Shown: positions 37,206 to 47,721 of the stretch, one piece after another
Layout of the letters: every line of letters begins with the position of its first letter
How positions within the stretch are numbered: position 1 is the first letter of the stretch
From: Terriglobia bacterium
Lineage (GTDB): Bacteria > Acidobacteriota > Terriglobia > Terriglobales > Acidobacteriaceae
Length of the DNA: 64,000 nt
Assembly (NCBI GenBank): GCA_963840615.1
Contig: CAWJAA010000045.1
Location: forward strand, 12,544 to 76,543
Direction of reading: 5' to 3'
Translations under genes and position numbers: made by a program
The notes under the pieces: model-generated
Seen by the model: only the letters and a program-made list of their open reading frames with translations
Told to the model about the DNA's origin: nothing
Databases searched by the model: none

Positions 37206-40200
37206 ATGACTGATTTTCTACAGACCGTGCGGGAACGCGTTGTGATTTATGACGGCGCGATGGGGACCAACATCCAGAAGCGGAATCCCAGCCTCGACGA
37301 TTACTGGGGCAAGGAAAATTGCTCGGAAGTGCTGGTACTGAGCCGGCCCGACATTATTCGTGACATCCATGCGGATTTTCTGCGGGTGGGCTGCGATGTG
37401 GTTGAGACCAATACCTTTGGCGGGACGCGGACGGTGTTGACGGAGTTTGACTTGGCTGACCGGGTGCGGGAGATCAACCTGGCGGCGGTGAAATTGGCCC
37501 GGGAAGCAGCGCAGCAGTTTTCCAGCCAGGATCACCCGAGATTTGTGGCGGGATCGATGGGGCCCACCACCAAGCTTCCTTCGCTCGGGCATATCAAGTT
37601 CGACGAGATGGTGGCCGCCTACGAGGAGCAGGCGCTGGCGCTGATCGAGGGTGGCGTGGACGTACTGCTGATCGAAACGGCACAAGATCTGTTACAGGCA
37701 AAGCTGGCGGCCATTGGCGTGAATCAGGCGATGCAGAAGGCGGGGAAGCGTCTGCCGGTTACGGTGCAAGTGACCCTGCAGGAATCGGGGACGATGCTGT
37801 TGGGGACCGAAATCGGCGCCGCGCTGACGGCGCTGGAACCGCTCGACATCGACATCATCGGGCTGAATTGCGCCACTGGCCCGGCGGAGATGAACGATGC
37901 CGTCCGGTATCTGGGGATCAATTCGACCAAGCATATTTCCGTCCTGCCCAACGCCGGGTTGCCGCAGAACGAAGGCGGGCACGCGGTCTATAGGTTGTCT
38001 CCGGAGGAACTGGCGAAGTATCACAAGCATTTTGTGCAGGACTACGGCGTCCGTATCGTCGGCGGCTGTTGTGGAACCGGGCCGGAGCATCTGAAGGCTG
38101 TCGTGGACGCGGTTTCAGGCGTAGAGCCGGCGAGGCGCGAGGTGAAACCGACCGCGGCAGCTTCTAGTGCGTATACCTCGGTTCCGCTGGATCTGGATCC
38201 CAAGCCGTTGATTGTCGCGGAAGAGATGAATACCACTACGCGGGTGGAGCATTTCCGCAATCTGGTGCGCGGCAAGAAATACGACGACATCCTGCAACTG
38301 GCGAAGAAGCTGGTGAACGACGGCTCGCACATGCTGGATTTGTGCTGCGCGATTGTCGGAGAAGACGAGAAGGGATACATCTCGTCGATCCTGGAGCGGA
38401 TTGCGACGCGGGTGCCGGCGCCGATCCTGGTGGATTCGACCGAAGCCGATGTGGTGGAAGAAGCGCTCAAGCGGATTCCGGGGAAAGCGATCATTAATTC
38501 GATCAACCTGGAGGATGGGGAGAAGCGGACCTCGAAAGTGCTGCCCATGGCCAAGCGCTACGGGGCGGGGGTGATCGCGCTGACCATTGACGAAGACGGC
38601 ATGGCGCTGACCGCGGACAAGAAAGTGGCGATCGCGCACCGGATTTTCGATCTGGCCACGAAGCAGTACGGGATCCGTCCGGTGGACATTATTTTTGACG
38701 CGCTGACGCTGCCAATTTCGACTGGGCAGGAAGATTATCGGACGGCGGGCATCGAGACCCTGCAGGCGGTCAAGCGGATCAAGCAGGAACTGCCTGAGGT
38801 GAAGACGATTTTAGGCGTCTCCAATATTTCGTTTGGCCTGGATGCTTATCCGCGACGGGTGTTGAACTCGGTGTTCATGCACGAAGCGGTGGATCATGGG
38901 CTCGACATGGCCATCGTCAACTACACCAAAATCTATCCGTTATACAAGATTCCTCAAGAGGAAGTTGAGCTGGCGAAGAGACTGATTTATCGCCAGGGGG
39001 AGGGCGATCCGCTGCAGAAATACATGCAGCATTTTGCCGGGACCAAGGGCAAGGTGCAGGGATCAACCACGGCGCACGTGGAGACGCTCTCGGTCGAGGA
39101 CAAGCTGAAGTTCGCGATCATCAATGGCGAGAAAGCGGTGGGCGAAGGTGCGCAGCGCAAGACGCTGGAGGATTTGCTGGAGGAGGCGCTGGCGCAATAC
39201 TCGCCCCTGGAGATTATCAACACGGTGTTGCTGGATGGAATGCGCACGGTGGGCGAGCTGTTCGGAGCGCGCAAGATGCAACTGCCGTCGGTGCTCGATT
39301 CGGCAGGGGTGATGAAGCAGGCGGTAGCGTATCTGGAGCCGAAGATGGAGAAAAAGGCTGGCTCGCAGAAGGGCACGATTGTGCTGGCCACGGTGAAGGG
39401 TGACGTTCACGACATTGGCAAGAACCTGGTGGACATAATCCTCACGAACAACGGATACCGGGTGGTCAATCTGGGAATCAAGCAGCCTGGAGACACGATC
39501 ATCAAAGCGGCGCAAGAGCATAAGGCGGACGCGATTGGATTGAGCGGTTTGCTGGTGAAGTCGACGCTGGAGATGAAGTATGTAATCCAGGACTTGCAGC
39601 GGCAGGCGCTGGAATTTCCGGTGATCTGCGGAGGGGCTGCACTGACGCGCAAGTATGTGGAAGACGATTTGCGCCGCGAGTACGCGAACGCGGTGTTCTA
39701 TGCGGACGATGCGTTTGCGGGACTGCACATCATGGAGGACCTGGCGACTCCGAATGGCGGGAAAGAGGCGCGGCTCAAAGAAGGCCGTACGGTGAAGGAG
39801 TACGCCAAGGCTGCGGCGGTGGATGAGGAAACCGGTCCGGTGTTTGCGGAGCGTTCTCCTGTGGTCACGGATGCACCGAATATTCCCGTGCCTCCGTTCT
39901 GGGGAGTGAAGGTAAGAAAAGACTTCGATCTGCGGGAATTGTTTCCTTATATCAACGACACGGCGCTGTTCAAGAACCAGTGGCAGTTGAAGACAGCGTC
40001 GCAGGAAGATTACCTGCGGCTGGTCGAAGAGAAGTTCCGTTCCATCAAGAAGAAGTTGGAGGAAGAAATCATCGCCAGCGGGATCTTCGAGCCCAAGGTG
40101 GTATACGGATATTTTCCGGCGCAGGGTGAAGGCAACGACGTGATCGTGTATGAACCGGACAACCTTAACCACCAAGGACACGAAGGGACACAAAGGGAAA

Positions 40201-40697
40201 TCTTAAGATTCACGTTTCCCAGACAGAAGGAAGGGCGACGGCTTTCCATTGCCGATTTCTTCTCCCCGAAGAGCTCCGGCAGGATGGATGTGATGGGACT
40301 GTCGCTGGTGACGATTGGGTCGAAGGCGTCAGAGGAGACGCAGCGCTTGTTTGAAGGTGGCGAGTACACGCGCTATTTGTATCTGCACGGGTTGAGCGTG
40401 GAAACGGCTGAAGCGCTGGCGGAGTACTTGCACAAGAAGATGCGCGAGGAATTGCGAATTGCCGGAGAAGACTCGCCGCACATTCGGGACCTATTCCATC
40501 AGAAGTATCGTGGATCGCGGTATTCCTTTGGGTATCCGGCGTGTCCGAATTTGGAAGATCAGACGAAGTTGTTTGCCTTGCTCAAGCCGGAAGAGAACGT
40601 TGGAGTGCGGTTGACTTCGGGATTTCTCCTGGAGCCCGAGCAGTCCACTTCGGCGATTGTGGTGCATCATCCGGCGGCGAAGTATTTTGTGGTGTAG
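37206..40697 (+). CDS. metH: cobalamin-dependent methionine synthase
   Basis: 1163 aa with the full Hcy-binding, pterin-binding, B12-cap/B12-binding (..GDVHDIGKNLV..) and AdoMet activation domains in canonical order. Confidence 0.95.
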   Translation: MTDFLQTVRERVVIYDGAMGTNIQKRNPSLDDYWGKENCSEVLVLSRPDIIRDIHADFLRVGCDVVETNTFGGTRTVLTEFDLADRVREINLAAVKLAREAAQQFSSQDHPRFVAGSMGPTTKLPSLGHIKFDEMVAAYEEQALALIEGGVDVLLIETAQDLLQAKLAAIGVNQAMQKAGKRLPVTVQVTLQESGTMLLGTEIGAALTALEPLDIDIIGLNCATGPAEMNDAVRYLGINSTKHISVLPNAGLPQNEGGHAVYRLSPEELAKYHKHFVQDYGVRIVGGCCGTGPEHLKAVVDAVSGVEPARREVKPTAAASSAYTSVPLDLDPKPLIVAEEMNTTTRVEHFRNLVRGKKYDDILQLAKKLVNDGSHMLDLCCAIVGEDEKGYISSILERIATRVPAPILVDSTEADVVEEALKRIPGKAIINSINLEDGEKRTSKVLPMAKRYGAGVIALTIDEDGMALTADKKVAIAHRIFDLATKQYGIRPVDIIFDALTLPISTGQEDYRTAGIETLQAVKRIKQELPEVKTILGVSNISFGLDAYPRRVLNSVFMHEAVDHGLDMAIVNYTKIYPLYKIPQEEVELAKRLIYRQGEGDPLQKYMQHFAGTKGKVQGSTTAHVETLSVEDKLKFAIINGEKAVGEGAQRKTLEDLLEEALAQYSPLEIINTVLLDGMRTVGELFGARKMQLPSVLDSAGVMKQAVAYLEPKMEKKAGSQKGTIVLATVKGDVHDIGKNLVDIILTNNGYRVVNLGIKQPGDTIIKAAQEHKADAIGLSGLLVKSTLEMKYVIQDLQRQALEFPVICGGAALTRKYVEDDLRREYANAVFYADDAFAGLHIMEDLATPNGGKEARLKEGRTVKEYAKAAAVDEETGPVFAERSPVVTDAPNIPVPPFWGVKVRKDFDLRELFPYINDTALFKNQWQLKTASQEDYLRLVEEKFRSIKKKLEEEIIASGIFEPKVVYGYFPAQGEGNDVIVYEPDNLNHQGHEGTQREILRFTFPRQKEGRRLSIADFFSPKSSGRMDVMGLSLVTIGSKASEETQRLFEGGEYTRYLYLHGLSVETAEALAEYLHKKMREELRIAGEDSPHIRDLFHQKYRGSRYSFGYPACPNLEDQTKLFALLKPEENVGVRLTSGFLLEPEQSTSAIVVHHPAAKYFVV
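40163..40197 (+). repeat. family B motif copy lying in-frame inside metH
   Basis: CCTTAACCACCAAGGACACGAAGGGACACAAAGGG is translated as LNHQGHEGTQR. It is 28/35 identical to the intergenic copy at 14556-14590 (reverse complement). Confidence 0.5.
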
Positions 40698-40794
40698 GGC
40701 CAAATTCACCGCCGAGACTCGGAGTACCATCAAATGCGGGTCCGCGCCGGCACCCGTCCCTCTATTTATTTTTCCCTTGCATTCATCTTTTTTC

Positions 40795-42477
40795 CTATTG
40801 CGTTGGCGCCGGCGTGGGTGGGGTCAAGGGTGGAGCGTCCAGGACGCGTTTCAGGTAGGGGAAGACCGGGGTGATCTCGAAGGGAATCTTTTCGCTGGCG
40901 AGACGGACGGGGGCGGGCTTGCCCTTGATGAGTTCGACGCGATCGCTCCAGGGATTGACTTTGATGCGGCTGCCGAGCGGCAGAGCGGAGATCTGGTCGA
41001 CGCGGGTGATGTCGACCTGGGGCGTGGACTTGGTCAGTTCCGCCAGTCGTAGTTCGTCGCCTTCGTTCAAGCTGTTTCCCAGGTGCGGATGAATCAGGTT
41101 GGGCAGTTCCTGGGAGCGGAGCTGCAGTGTTTTCAGGAACAGTCCGGCTTGCGCCAGCTTGTCTTTGTAGGGGGACTTGGCGAGCAGTTGCGCGGCTTTG
41201 CGATTCGCGGCGTCTTCCTGGGCCGGGTCGAGACGGAAATCAAATTTCTGCAGGATCTGTTCGTTGGGGAAAAAGAGGCTGTTCCACGACGCGTATTTGT
41301 CTTCGGAGGAGTGGCCGAGGACGACGTGGGCGAGTTCGTGGGCGAGGATGGCGGCGAGCGTCGCTTCGTCGGGAAGCACATCGAGCAGACCGCGGCTGAC
41401 CACGATCACGTGCCCGAAGGAGAACGATTCCAGCGGCGCGGTGAGCAGGACGCGGCAGCGTACTTCCGGCTTGATATCCAATTCGTTGGTGATGATCAAG
41501 TTGCGGGTGACGGTTTCGAGAACCTGATCGACACCGCCGGTCGGGGCCATGAGTCCGGCGACCTGCAGGCGTTCAATGATGTTGTCTTCGGTGGAGTATT
41601 GGAAGGGGCGAGCGCTGAGGCGGCCGCTCAGGTCGTATCCGGAGTCTTTCTTGCCGCTGGCAGCGGCGGGCGCGGTGTCGGCCAGAGGCTGCGCGTACTC
41701 CCGGAGGTCGCCGGCGTGTTGCAGATCGTATCCCCAGATGCGGGTGAGCGCCTTGTAGCGGATGGCAGGCCCGAGACGGGAGTGCTCGTCCGGTTCCTCG
41801 CTGTAGGAGTAAGCGGGCAACCAGACATGAGGGAGCACATTGAGTCTCCAGGTTTCAAAGTGCACTCCGGCGCGGGCCCCGACGTAGGTGCCGTTCATAC
41901 GGACGATGTGGTAGTCCTGATCTTCCACCCAGATGCGGCCGAGGAAGCGTCCGTTACCGGCATGCGGTCGGGGCTGCACGTCGATCACAAAGCAGCGAAC
42001 TTCTCCTAGCATTTCGCCGCGCACGGGGGCGAAGTTGTAGTGCTTGCGGTCGAGATGCTGAGGATCGAGCAAGATGATGCGGGCGAAGTCCACGCCCGAG
42101 GGTTTGGCGTCAATAATGCCGGTCATGCCGCTCATCATTCTGGAGCGGAAGCCGGACTCTCCCAGATACGAGACCTCACTGAAGCTGCCGTCTTTGAAGC
42201 TGAGTTGGCCGAGAAAATATTCGTCGCGCACGGGGACGGCACCCAGCTTAACGTCGGGCTTGGTGTCCTGAATATAGGTTTCGGCGATGGGATGGAGATT
42301 TCCCATGAGGTGGAAGATGTCGCGTTCGCGTTCGATGACGCGGTCAGTGAACTGATCAAAGGTAAGCGAAAGCGCGGCGGGGCGCGCCGGACTGGCGGCC
42401 GGCGGTGCGGATTGACCGACTGCCGAGGTCAGCAGCAGCAGGAGTACGAGGGGTACGGTGGTGATTGAGACCGGCAT
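40795..42477 (-). CDS. secreted M48-family zinc metallopeptidase with a large N-terminal domain
   Basis: Signal peptide (VPLVLLLLLTSAVGQS). HExxH appears in the context AAILAHELAHVVLGHS, typical of M48 (BepA/Ste24-like). Confidence 0.7.
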   Translation of the reverse strand: MPVSITTVPLVLLLLLTSAVGQSAPPAASPARPAALSLTFDQFTDRVIERERDIFHLMGNLHPIAETYIQDTKPDVKLGAVPVRDEYFLGQLSFKDGSFSEVSYLGESGFRSRMMSGMTGIIDAKPSGVDFARIILLDPQHLDRKHYNFAPVRGEMLGEVRCFVIDVQPRPHAGNGRFLGRIWVEDQDYHIVRMNGTYVGARAGVHFETWRLNVLPHVWLPAYSYSEEPDEHSRLGPAIRYKALTRIWGYDLQHAGDLREYAQPLADTAPAAASGKKDSGYDLSGRLSARPFQYSTEDNIIERLQVAGLMAPTGGVDQVLETVTRNLIITNELDIKPEVRCRVLLTAPLESFSFGHVIVVSRGLLDVLPDEATLAAILAHELAHVVLGHSSEDKYASWNSLFFPNEQILQKFDFRLDPAQEDAANRKAAQLLAKSPYKDKLAQAGLFLKTLQLRSQELPNLIHPHLGNSLNEGDELRLAELTKSTPQVDITRVDQISALPLGSRIKVNPWSDRVELIKGKPAPVRLASEKIPFEITPVFPYLKRVLDAPPLTPPTPAPTQ

Positions 42478-42593
42478 TGGGTTCAGAGCGGCCCCTGCAA
42501 GCGTCGTTATGAGAGACAGTGGATGGCTCTGGGGTTATTGAGATTGTGCTACGAAAGCGAGGCAAAGACAACGTCTTCGTTGGAAGCAGGAGA

Positions 42594-42631
42594 AACCCCG
42601 CGCAGGGCTAGCTGAACGGGGTTCTTTTTAT
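42594..42631 (+). terminator. orphan intrinsic-terminator-like hairpin in the divergent intergenic region
   Basis: AACCCCG (42594-600) pairs with CGGGGTT (42617-23), followed by CTTTTTAT. No upstream plus-strand gene exists for it to terminate. Confidence 0.4.
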
Positions 42632-42859
42632 GCGGTCAGCGCATCGTTGGGGTGTCCAGGCTCCAGGAAAGCCCAGAACATTCAACGGCAGGGAGTGTAG
42701 GCAGACCAAGCGCCGGGTGCAATGAGTTTTACATAACTTTACCGATGGGCACGGAAGATGACTGAGAGCACGACGTCACGGCCTCCGGTCGAGAGGAATT
42801 GGACGGGGCGGCCAGCGGTAGCGTAAGTTGAACGGAGAGAAGGGTAAGGAGAAGTCTCA

Positions 42860-43612
42860 ATGGCGGATCTGATGAGAACGTCGAATCCCGCGCTGAATGC
42901 GAAAGCGTTCCAGGGGGAAGGCGCGGGCTACGGCGAGAGCATGACCATCTCGGGCACCGTGAACAAAGCGGGAATCCTGCTGATCTGCGTGGTGGCGACG
43001 GCGGCCTGGACGTGGAACCAGTTTCTGCATGCGCGGGCTCCGGAAACGGTGATGCCCTGGGTCCTGGTGGGGGGAATTGGCGGATTCATCGTTGCGCTGG
43101 TGACCATTTTCAAGAAGACCTGGGCTCCGGTGACCGCGCCGCTCTACGGGTTGCTGGAAGGCTTGGTACTGGGTGGCATTTCGGCTCTGTTTGAACTGCG
43201 CTTTCCGGGGATTGCCATTCAGGCCGTGGGTCTGACGTTTGGGACGCTGGTGGCCCTGCTGCTGGCGTACCGGTCGGGGTTGATCCGGGTAACGGAGAAG
43301 TTCCGATTGGGTGTGGTGGCGGCGACCGGCGGAATCGCGCTGTTCTACCTGGCGACATTTGTGCTGGGATTCTTTGGAGTGCACCTTACGTCTGTGTATG
43401 GAGCGGGGCCGATTGGGATTGGGTTCAGCGTGTTTGTGGTCATTATCGCGGCGCTGAATCTGGTGCTGGATTTTGATTTCATCGAAAGAGGCGCCCAGGC
43501 CGGTGCCCCGAAGTATATGGAGTGGTATGCGGCATTTGGGTTGATGGTGACCTTGATCTGGTTGTATCTGGAGATTTTGCGGCTGTTGTCGAAGCTGCGC
43601 AGCCGGGACTAG
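42860..43612 (+). CDS. Bax inhibitor-1/YccA-family membrane protein
   Basis: MRTSNPALN..F N-terminus, then about 7 TM helices and an acidic/basic tail. This is the pattern of the BI-1/YccA-like (COG4760) family. Confidence 0.7.
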   Translation: MADLMRTSNPALNAKAFQGEGAGYGESMTISGTVNKAGILLICVVATAAWTWNQFLHARAPETVMPWVLVGGIGGFIVALVTIFKKTWAPVTAPLYGLLEGLVLGGISALFELRFPGIAIQAVGLTFGTLVALLLAYRSGLIRVTEKFRLGVVAATGGIALFYLATFVLGFFGVHLTSVYGAGPIGIGFSVFVVIIAALNLVLDFDFIERGAQAGAPKYMEWYAAFGLMVTLIWLYLEILRLLSKLRSRD

Positions 43613-43750
43613 GGTTTTCGCTTTTCCCACGTTTTCCGCCGCCTCGCGGCTGGTAGGGCCCTGATCTGACGCCGCGGCATCTTGCCTTCGGGGGCGAGGA
43701 TATAATCGGCATTCTTCCAAACTCTTACACTCCTCCAGAGGCTGAGCTAC

Positions 43751-45658
43751 ATGGGTGATCGAGACAACCACGATCGGGCATTGGGGATGGACCGGGCGAT
43801 TACGCGGCGGGATTTTCTGAATGGGGTTGCGATTGGCGTGGGCGGAATGGCGCTTCCGGCATGGACATTTGAAGACGTGGAGTATGCGCCCGAGAAGGCG
43901 TCGTCCTATTATCCGCCGGGGCTGCTGGGGATGCGCGGCAATCACGATGGGACGTTCACCTATGCCCACCGCTTGCGCGACGGAGATTTCTGGGAGGGTG
44001 AGGGAAGTCCCGCGAGCACGGGAGAGGATTACGACCTGATTGTGGTAGGCGGAGGAATCAGCGGGTTGGCGGCGGCGTACTTCTATCGCAAGCATGCGGG
44101 CAAGAGTGCCAAGGTTCTTGTGCTTGATAATCATGACGACTTCGGAGGACATGCCAAGCGTAACGAGTTTCAGGCCGGCGGGCGCATGGTGCTGAGCTAT
44201 GGCGGGACGCAATCGATTGAGAGTCCTTCGGAGTACAGCGCGGTGGCGATCGGGCTGGTGAAAGAGTTGGGCATCGACCCGCAGAAGTTTTACAAAGCGT
44301 ACGACCAGTCGCTGTACTCGTCGATGAAGTTGGGCACGGGGGTGTTCTTCGATAAGGAAACGTTCGGCGAGGACCGGTTCGTGGCGGGCATGGGAACGTT
44401 GCCGTGGAAGGAGTTTCTGGCAAAGACCCCATTGTCGGACGTGGCCAGGCGGGATATTGAGCGGGTCTATACGGAGAAGGTGGATTATCTGCCGGGGCGG
44501 TCGCGGGAGGAAAAGCAGGCGAAGCTGGCGAAAATCAGTTACGCCGATTTTCTGACGAAGATTGTGAAGCTGAGTCCGGAAGTGCTGCCGTTTTTCCAAA
44601 CCAAGACGGATGACTTGTTCGGGGTACACATTGATGCGGTGCCGGCGCTCTATTGCTTTCTCTCGGGTGATGACTACGACCTGCCGTATCCCGGGTTCGA
44701 TGGAATGGGGTTGAAGGAAGGTGAAGGGCGCGGAGCGGAGAAGCCGGATCCCTACATCTTTCATTTTCCTGACGGTAATGCGTCGATTGCGCGCATGCTG
44801 GTGCGATCGCTGATTCCGGGATCGATCCCGGGCAGCACCATGGAAGACGTGGTAACGGCGCGGGCGGATTACAGCAAACTGGATCAGGCGGCGTCAGCGG
44901 TACGCCTCCGGCTGAATTCGACGGTGGTGCAGGCACGCAACGCGAAGGCGGGTGCGGGCGTGGACGTGGCGTACATGCGCGGTGGCAAACTGCTGAGCGT
45001 GCGCGGCAAGGCGGCGGTGCTGGCCTGCTACAACGGCATGATTCCGTATCTCTGTCCGGAGCTGCCGGAGAAGCAGCGGGATGCGCTGGCGTACCTGGTG
45101 AAGACGCCGCTGGTGTACACGCATGTGGCGTTGCGCAACTGGACTTCGTTCCAGAAACTGGGCGTGCGCGACGTGATCGCGCCCGGCAGTTATCACCCGT
45201 ACGTGGCGCTGGATTTTCCGGTGAGCCTGGGGCAGTACGAGTTTCCCAGCAAGCCGGAGGATCCGATGGTGCTGTTCATGTTGCGGACGCCGTGCAAGCC
45301 GGGATTGACCGAGAGGGAGCAGCATCGCGCCGGGAGAGGTGAACTGATGCGGACGCCGCTGACCACGTTCGAACGCAATATTCGTGAACAACTGGCGCGC
45401 ATGCTGGGGCCAGCGGGATTTGATGCGGCAAGAGACATTGAAGGCATCACGGTGAATCGCTGGGCGCACGGGTACGCGTATGGATACAACCCCTTGTTCG
45501 ATCCCGACTGGAAGGAAGGCGAACAGCCGTGGGTAGTGGGACGGAAACCGTTCGGGAGGATTGCGATCGCGAATTCGGATGCGGGCGCGTCGGCGTACAC
45601 GGACGCGGCGATTGACCAGGCGTACCGGGCGGTGCAAGAAGTAGTATCCAGTGCCTAG
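43751..45658 (+). CDS. Tat-exported FAD/NAD(P)-binding amine oxidoreductase (spermidine-dehydrogenase-like)
   Basis: Twin-arginine signal [15 protein letters not shown] and the dinucleotide-binding motif [16 protein letters not shown]. Length and layout resemble SpdH-type enzymes. The long antisense ORF 42857..44764 is a shadow. Confidence 0.65.
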   Translation: MGDRDNHDRALGMDRAITRRDFLNGVAIGVGGMALPAWTFEDVEYAPEKASSYYPPGLLGMRGNHDGTFTYAHRLRDGDFWEGEGSPASTGEDYDLIVVGGGISGLAAAYFYRKHAGKSAKVLVLDNHDDFGGHAKRNEFQAGGRMVLSYGGTQSIESPSEYSAVAIGLVKELGIDPQKFYKAYDQSLYSSMKLGTGVFFDKETFGEDRFVAGMGTLPWKEFLAKTPLSDVARRDIERVYTEKVDYLPGRSREEKQAKLAKISYADFLTKIVKLSPEVLPFFQTKTDDLFGVHIDAVPALYCFLSGDDYDLPYPGFDGMGLKEGEGRGAEKPDPYIFHFPDGNASIARMLVRSLIPGSIPGSTMEDVVTARADYSKLDQAASAVRLRLNSTVVQARNAKAGAGVDVAYMRGGKLLSVRGKAAVLACYNGMIPYLCPELPEKQRDALAYLVKTPLVYTHVALRNWTSFQKLGVRDVIAPGSYHPYVALDFPVSLGQYEFPSKPEDPMVLFMLRTPCKPGLTEREQHRAGRGELMRTPLTTFERNIREQLARMLGPAGFDAARDIEGITVNRWAHGYAYGYNPLFDPDWKEGEQPWVVGRKPFGRIAIANSDAGASAYTDAAIDQAYRAVQEVVSSA

Positions 45659-45696
45659 CGGTGGTGGGCGCGAAGCGGCCCCTGAGGAGGTGTGTT

Positions 45697-47322
45697 ATGC
45701 GGCAGGCTACCATTCTAGTCATTGGCGTCACCTTGTTCCTGGCAGCCGCATGGGGGGATGACGGGCATCATCACGCGCTGACGGAACAGGAAGTCGGGTC
45801 CGTCCACTTTGCGACATCGTGTTCCAAGGCCGTCGAAAGCAGCTTTAACCACGCGATGGCGTTGCTGCACTCGTTTCAATACGAGGGTGCACGCCAGGCG
45901 TTCCTTGCCATCGCCAGCCAGGATTCCACCTGCGCGATGGCGCAGTGGGGCGTAGCCATGTCCTACTACCACGGACTGTGGAACAACGGCGATATGGTGG
46001 CCGGGCACGAGGCCATGCACAGGGCAGCGCAGGCCGCCGCGGCGAATTCTAAAACTACGGCGCGGGAGAATTCCTACATCGAGGCGCTGGGTGAAATCTA
46101 TAAAGAAGACGGGAAGGACCTGTACTCCCATGCGCAGGCGTACGAGCAAAGAATGGGCGCAGTGCAGGCGGCGTATCCCGGGGACAGTGAAGCGGCTATC
46201 TTCCATGCCCTGGCACTGGATGTGGCGGCGCCCAAAACGGATAAGACGTTTGCGAACCAGAAGAAGTGCGGGGAAATTCTGGAACCGATTTTCGCCAAGC
46301 AGCCGCATCACCCCGGCGTAGCGCACTACCTGATCCACTGCTACGACAACCCGGTGCTGGCGGAGCAAGGGCTGACCGCGGCGCGGGCCTACGCCAAGAT
46401 TGCCCCGGCCTCGGCACATGCCAATCACATGCCGTCGCACATTTTTACCCGCGTCGGCTCGTGGCAGGAGTCCATTCAATCCAACCTCAAGTCTGCGGAC
46501 CTGGCGGCGAAGGCGGAGCCCGGCTCGACGAATGGGGAGGCGCGCGACCAGCGGCTGCACGCGCTGGACTACCTGGAGTATGCCTATCTGCAGAGCGGGC
46601 AGGTCAAGCAGGCAAAGGCAGTGATCGAGCAGATGAACGCCCTGACGGCTGGGCCGAAGCTGACACTCACCGGGGACTATGCGCTGGCGGCCATTCCCGC
46701 GAGGTACGTCCTGGAATTGGGGTACTGGGCGGAAGCAAGCGGGTTACAGGTAAGGAACCATGCGGTGCCCTGGGCGCAGGCCATAACCTGGATGGCGGTG
46801 GGCGTGGGCAGCGCGCGGGCGAATCGTCCAGAGCAGGCCGCGGCGGCAGAGCGAAGGCTCGAGTCTCTGCGCGATGCCACCAGCGCGCAGGGCAACAAAT
46901 ACTGGTCGAACCAGGTGGAAGTGCAAAGGCGCGAGGTGGCGGCCTGGATCGCGGACCAGGCCGGGAAACCCGATGATGCGCTCAAGATGATGCGCTCGGC
47001 GGCGGAACTGGAAGAAAGCATGGACAAGGACGCGGTTACTCCGGGGGCGGTGATTCCGGCGCGGGAGATGCTTGCGGAAGTGCTCTTGCGGCAAAAGAGT
47101 CCGGTGCAGGCGCTGGTGGAATACGAAGCGGTCCTGAAGATCGCCCCGAAGCGGTTCAACGCGTTGTTTGGAGCGGCGAGCGCCGCAGATGTGGCCGGCA
47201 ACGAGGAGGCCGCGGGCCAGTACTATCAAGAGTTGATTGCGGGGTCCGTCGGAGACGAGCGCCCGGAACTGGCGACAGCACGGAAGAAAGTTGGGGCGGG
47301 GAAGGTGGCTGCCGGCCGCTAA
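45697..47322 (+). CDS. secreted helical-repeat (TPR-like) hypothetical protein
   Basis: ATG 45697 follows GAGGAGG. Signal peptide MRQATILVIGVTLFLAAAWG, then an all-helical repetitive body (..ALLHSFQYEGARQAF..). Confidence 0.6.
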   Translation: MRQATILVIGVTLFLAAAWGDDGHHHALTEQEVGSVHFATSCSKAVESSFNHAMALLHSFQYEGARQAFLAIASQDSTCAMAQWGVAMSYYHGLWNNGDMVAGHEAMHRAAQAAAANSKTTARENSYIEALGEIYKEDGKDLYSHAQAYEQRMGAVQAAYPGDSEAAIFHALALDVAAPKTDKTFANQKKCGEILEPIFAKQPHHPGVAHYLIHCYDNPVLAEQGLTAARAYAKIAPASAHANHMPSHIFTRVGSWQESIQSNLKSADLAAKAEPGSTNGEARDQRLHALDYLEYAYLQSGQVKQAKAVIEQMNALTAGPKLTLTGDYALAAIPARYVLELGYWAEASGLQVRNHAVPWAQAITWMAVGVGSARANRPEQAAAAERRLESLRDATSAQGNKYWSNQVEVQRREVAAWIADQAGKPDDALKMMRSAAELEESMDKDAVTPGAVIPAREMLAEVLLRQKSPVQALVEYEAVLKIAPKRFNALFGAASAADVAGNEEAAGQYYQELIAGSVGDERPELATARKKVGAGKVAAGR

Positions 47323-47389
47323 TTATTGGCCGGATTCCCGGCGCGCACCGGAACGGCAGACTCAATTGTCGGGTGGGACGTTCAATATC

Positions 47390-47665
47390 ATGACTCGACG
47401 GATCGTGGTCGCCGCTGTGATTTGCTTTCTTGTCTTATACGGCGTGGACGATGCGCTGGTGCGCTTTCGAATTCCCAAGGGCCGCGAACCTTTCGGGACC
47501 GTGATGGTGCGGCGCTATTACGCGATCCAGCAGAAGGCGAATCGGGTGGAGTACGTGTTTGACAAAGAAGAAAACCAGAGGTGCGTGCGGGCGTTGTTTC
47601 CGCACCTGGGGTATGTGCCTTGCTGGTATTTGAGCCGGCACCCGGAGCAGCGCGTCGACATTTGA
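47390..47665 (+). CDS. small membrane-anchored hypothetical protein
   Basis: 91 aa with one N-terminal TM helix (RRIVVAAVICFLVLYGV) and normal composition. Confidence 0.45.
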   Translation: MTRRIVVAAVICFLVLYGVDDALVRFRIPKGREPFGTVMVRRYYAIQQKANRVEYVFDKEENQRCVRALFPHLGYVPCWYLSRHPEQRVDI

Positions 47666-47721
47666 GTCAGTCGAGCGCGGCCCCGGGGTGTGGCAAATCA
47701 GTTTCAGCGAAGACCCCGCAA

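Noticed and set aside
42857-44764. 635-aa minus-strand ORF overlapping the YccA-like and amine-oxidoreductase genes
   Set aside because: The translation is extremely Arg/Pro/His/Gln-rich with no motifs. It lies antisense to two plus-strand genes with clear family signatures, so it is a typical GC-rich shadow ORF.
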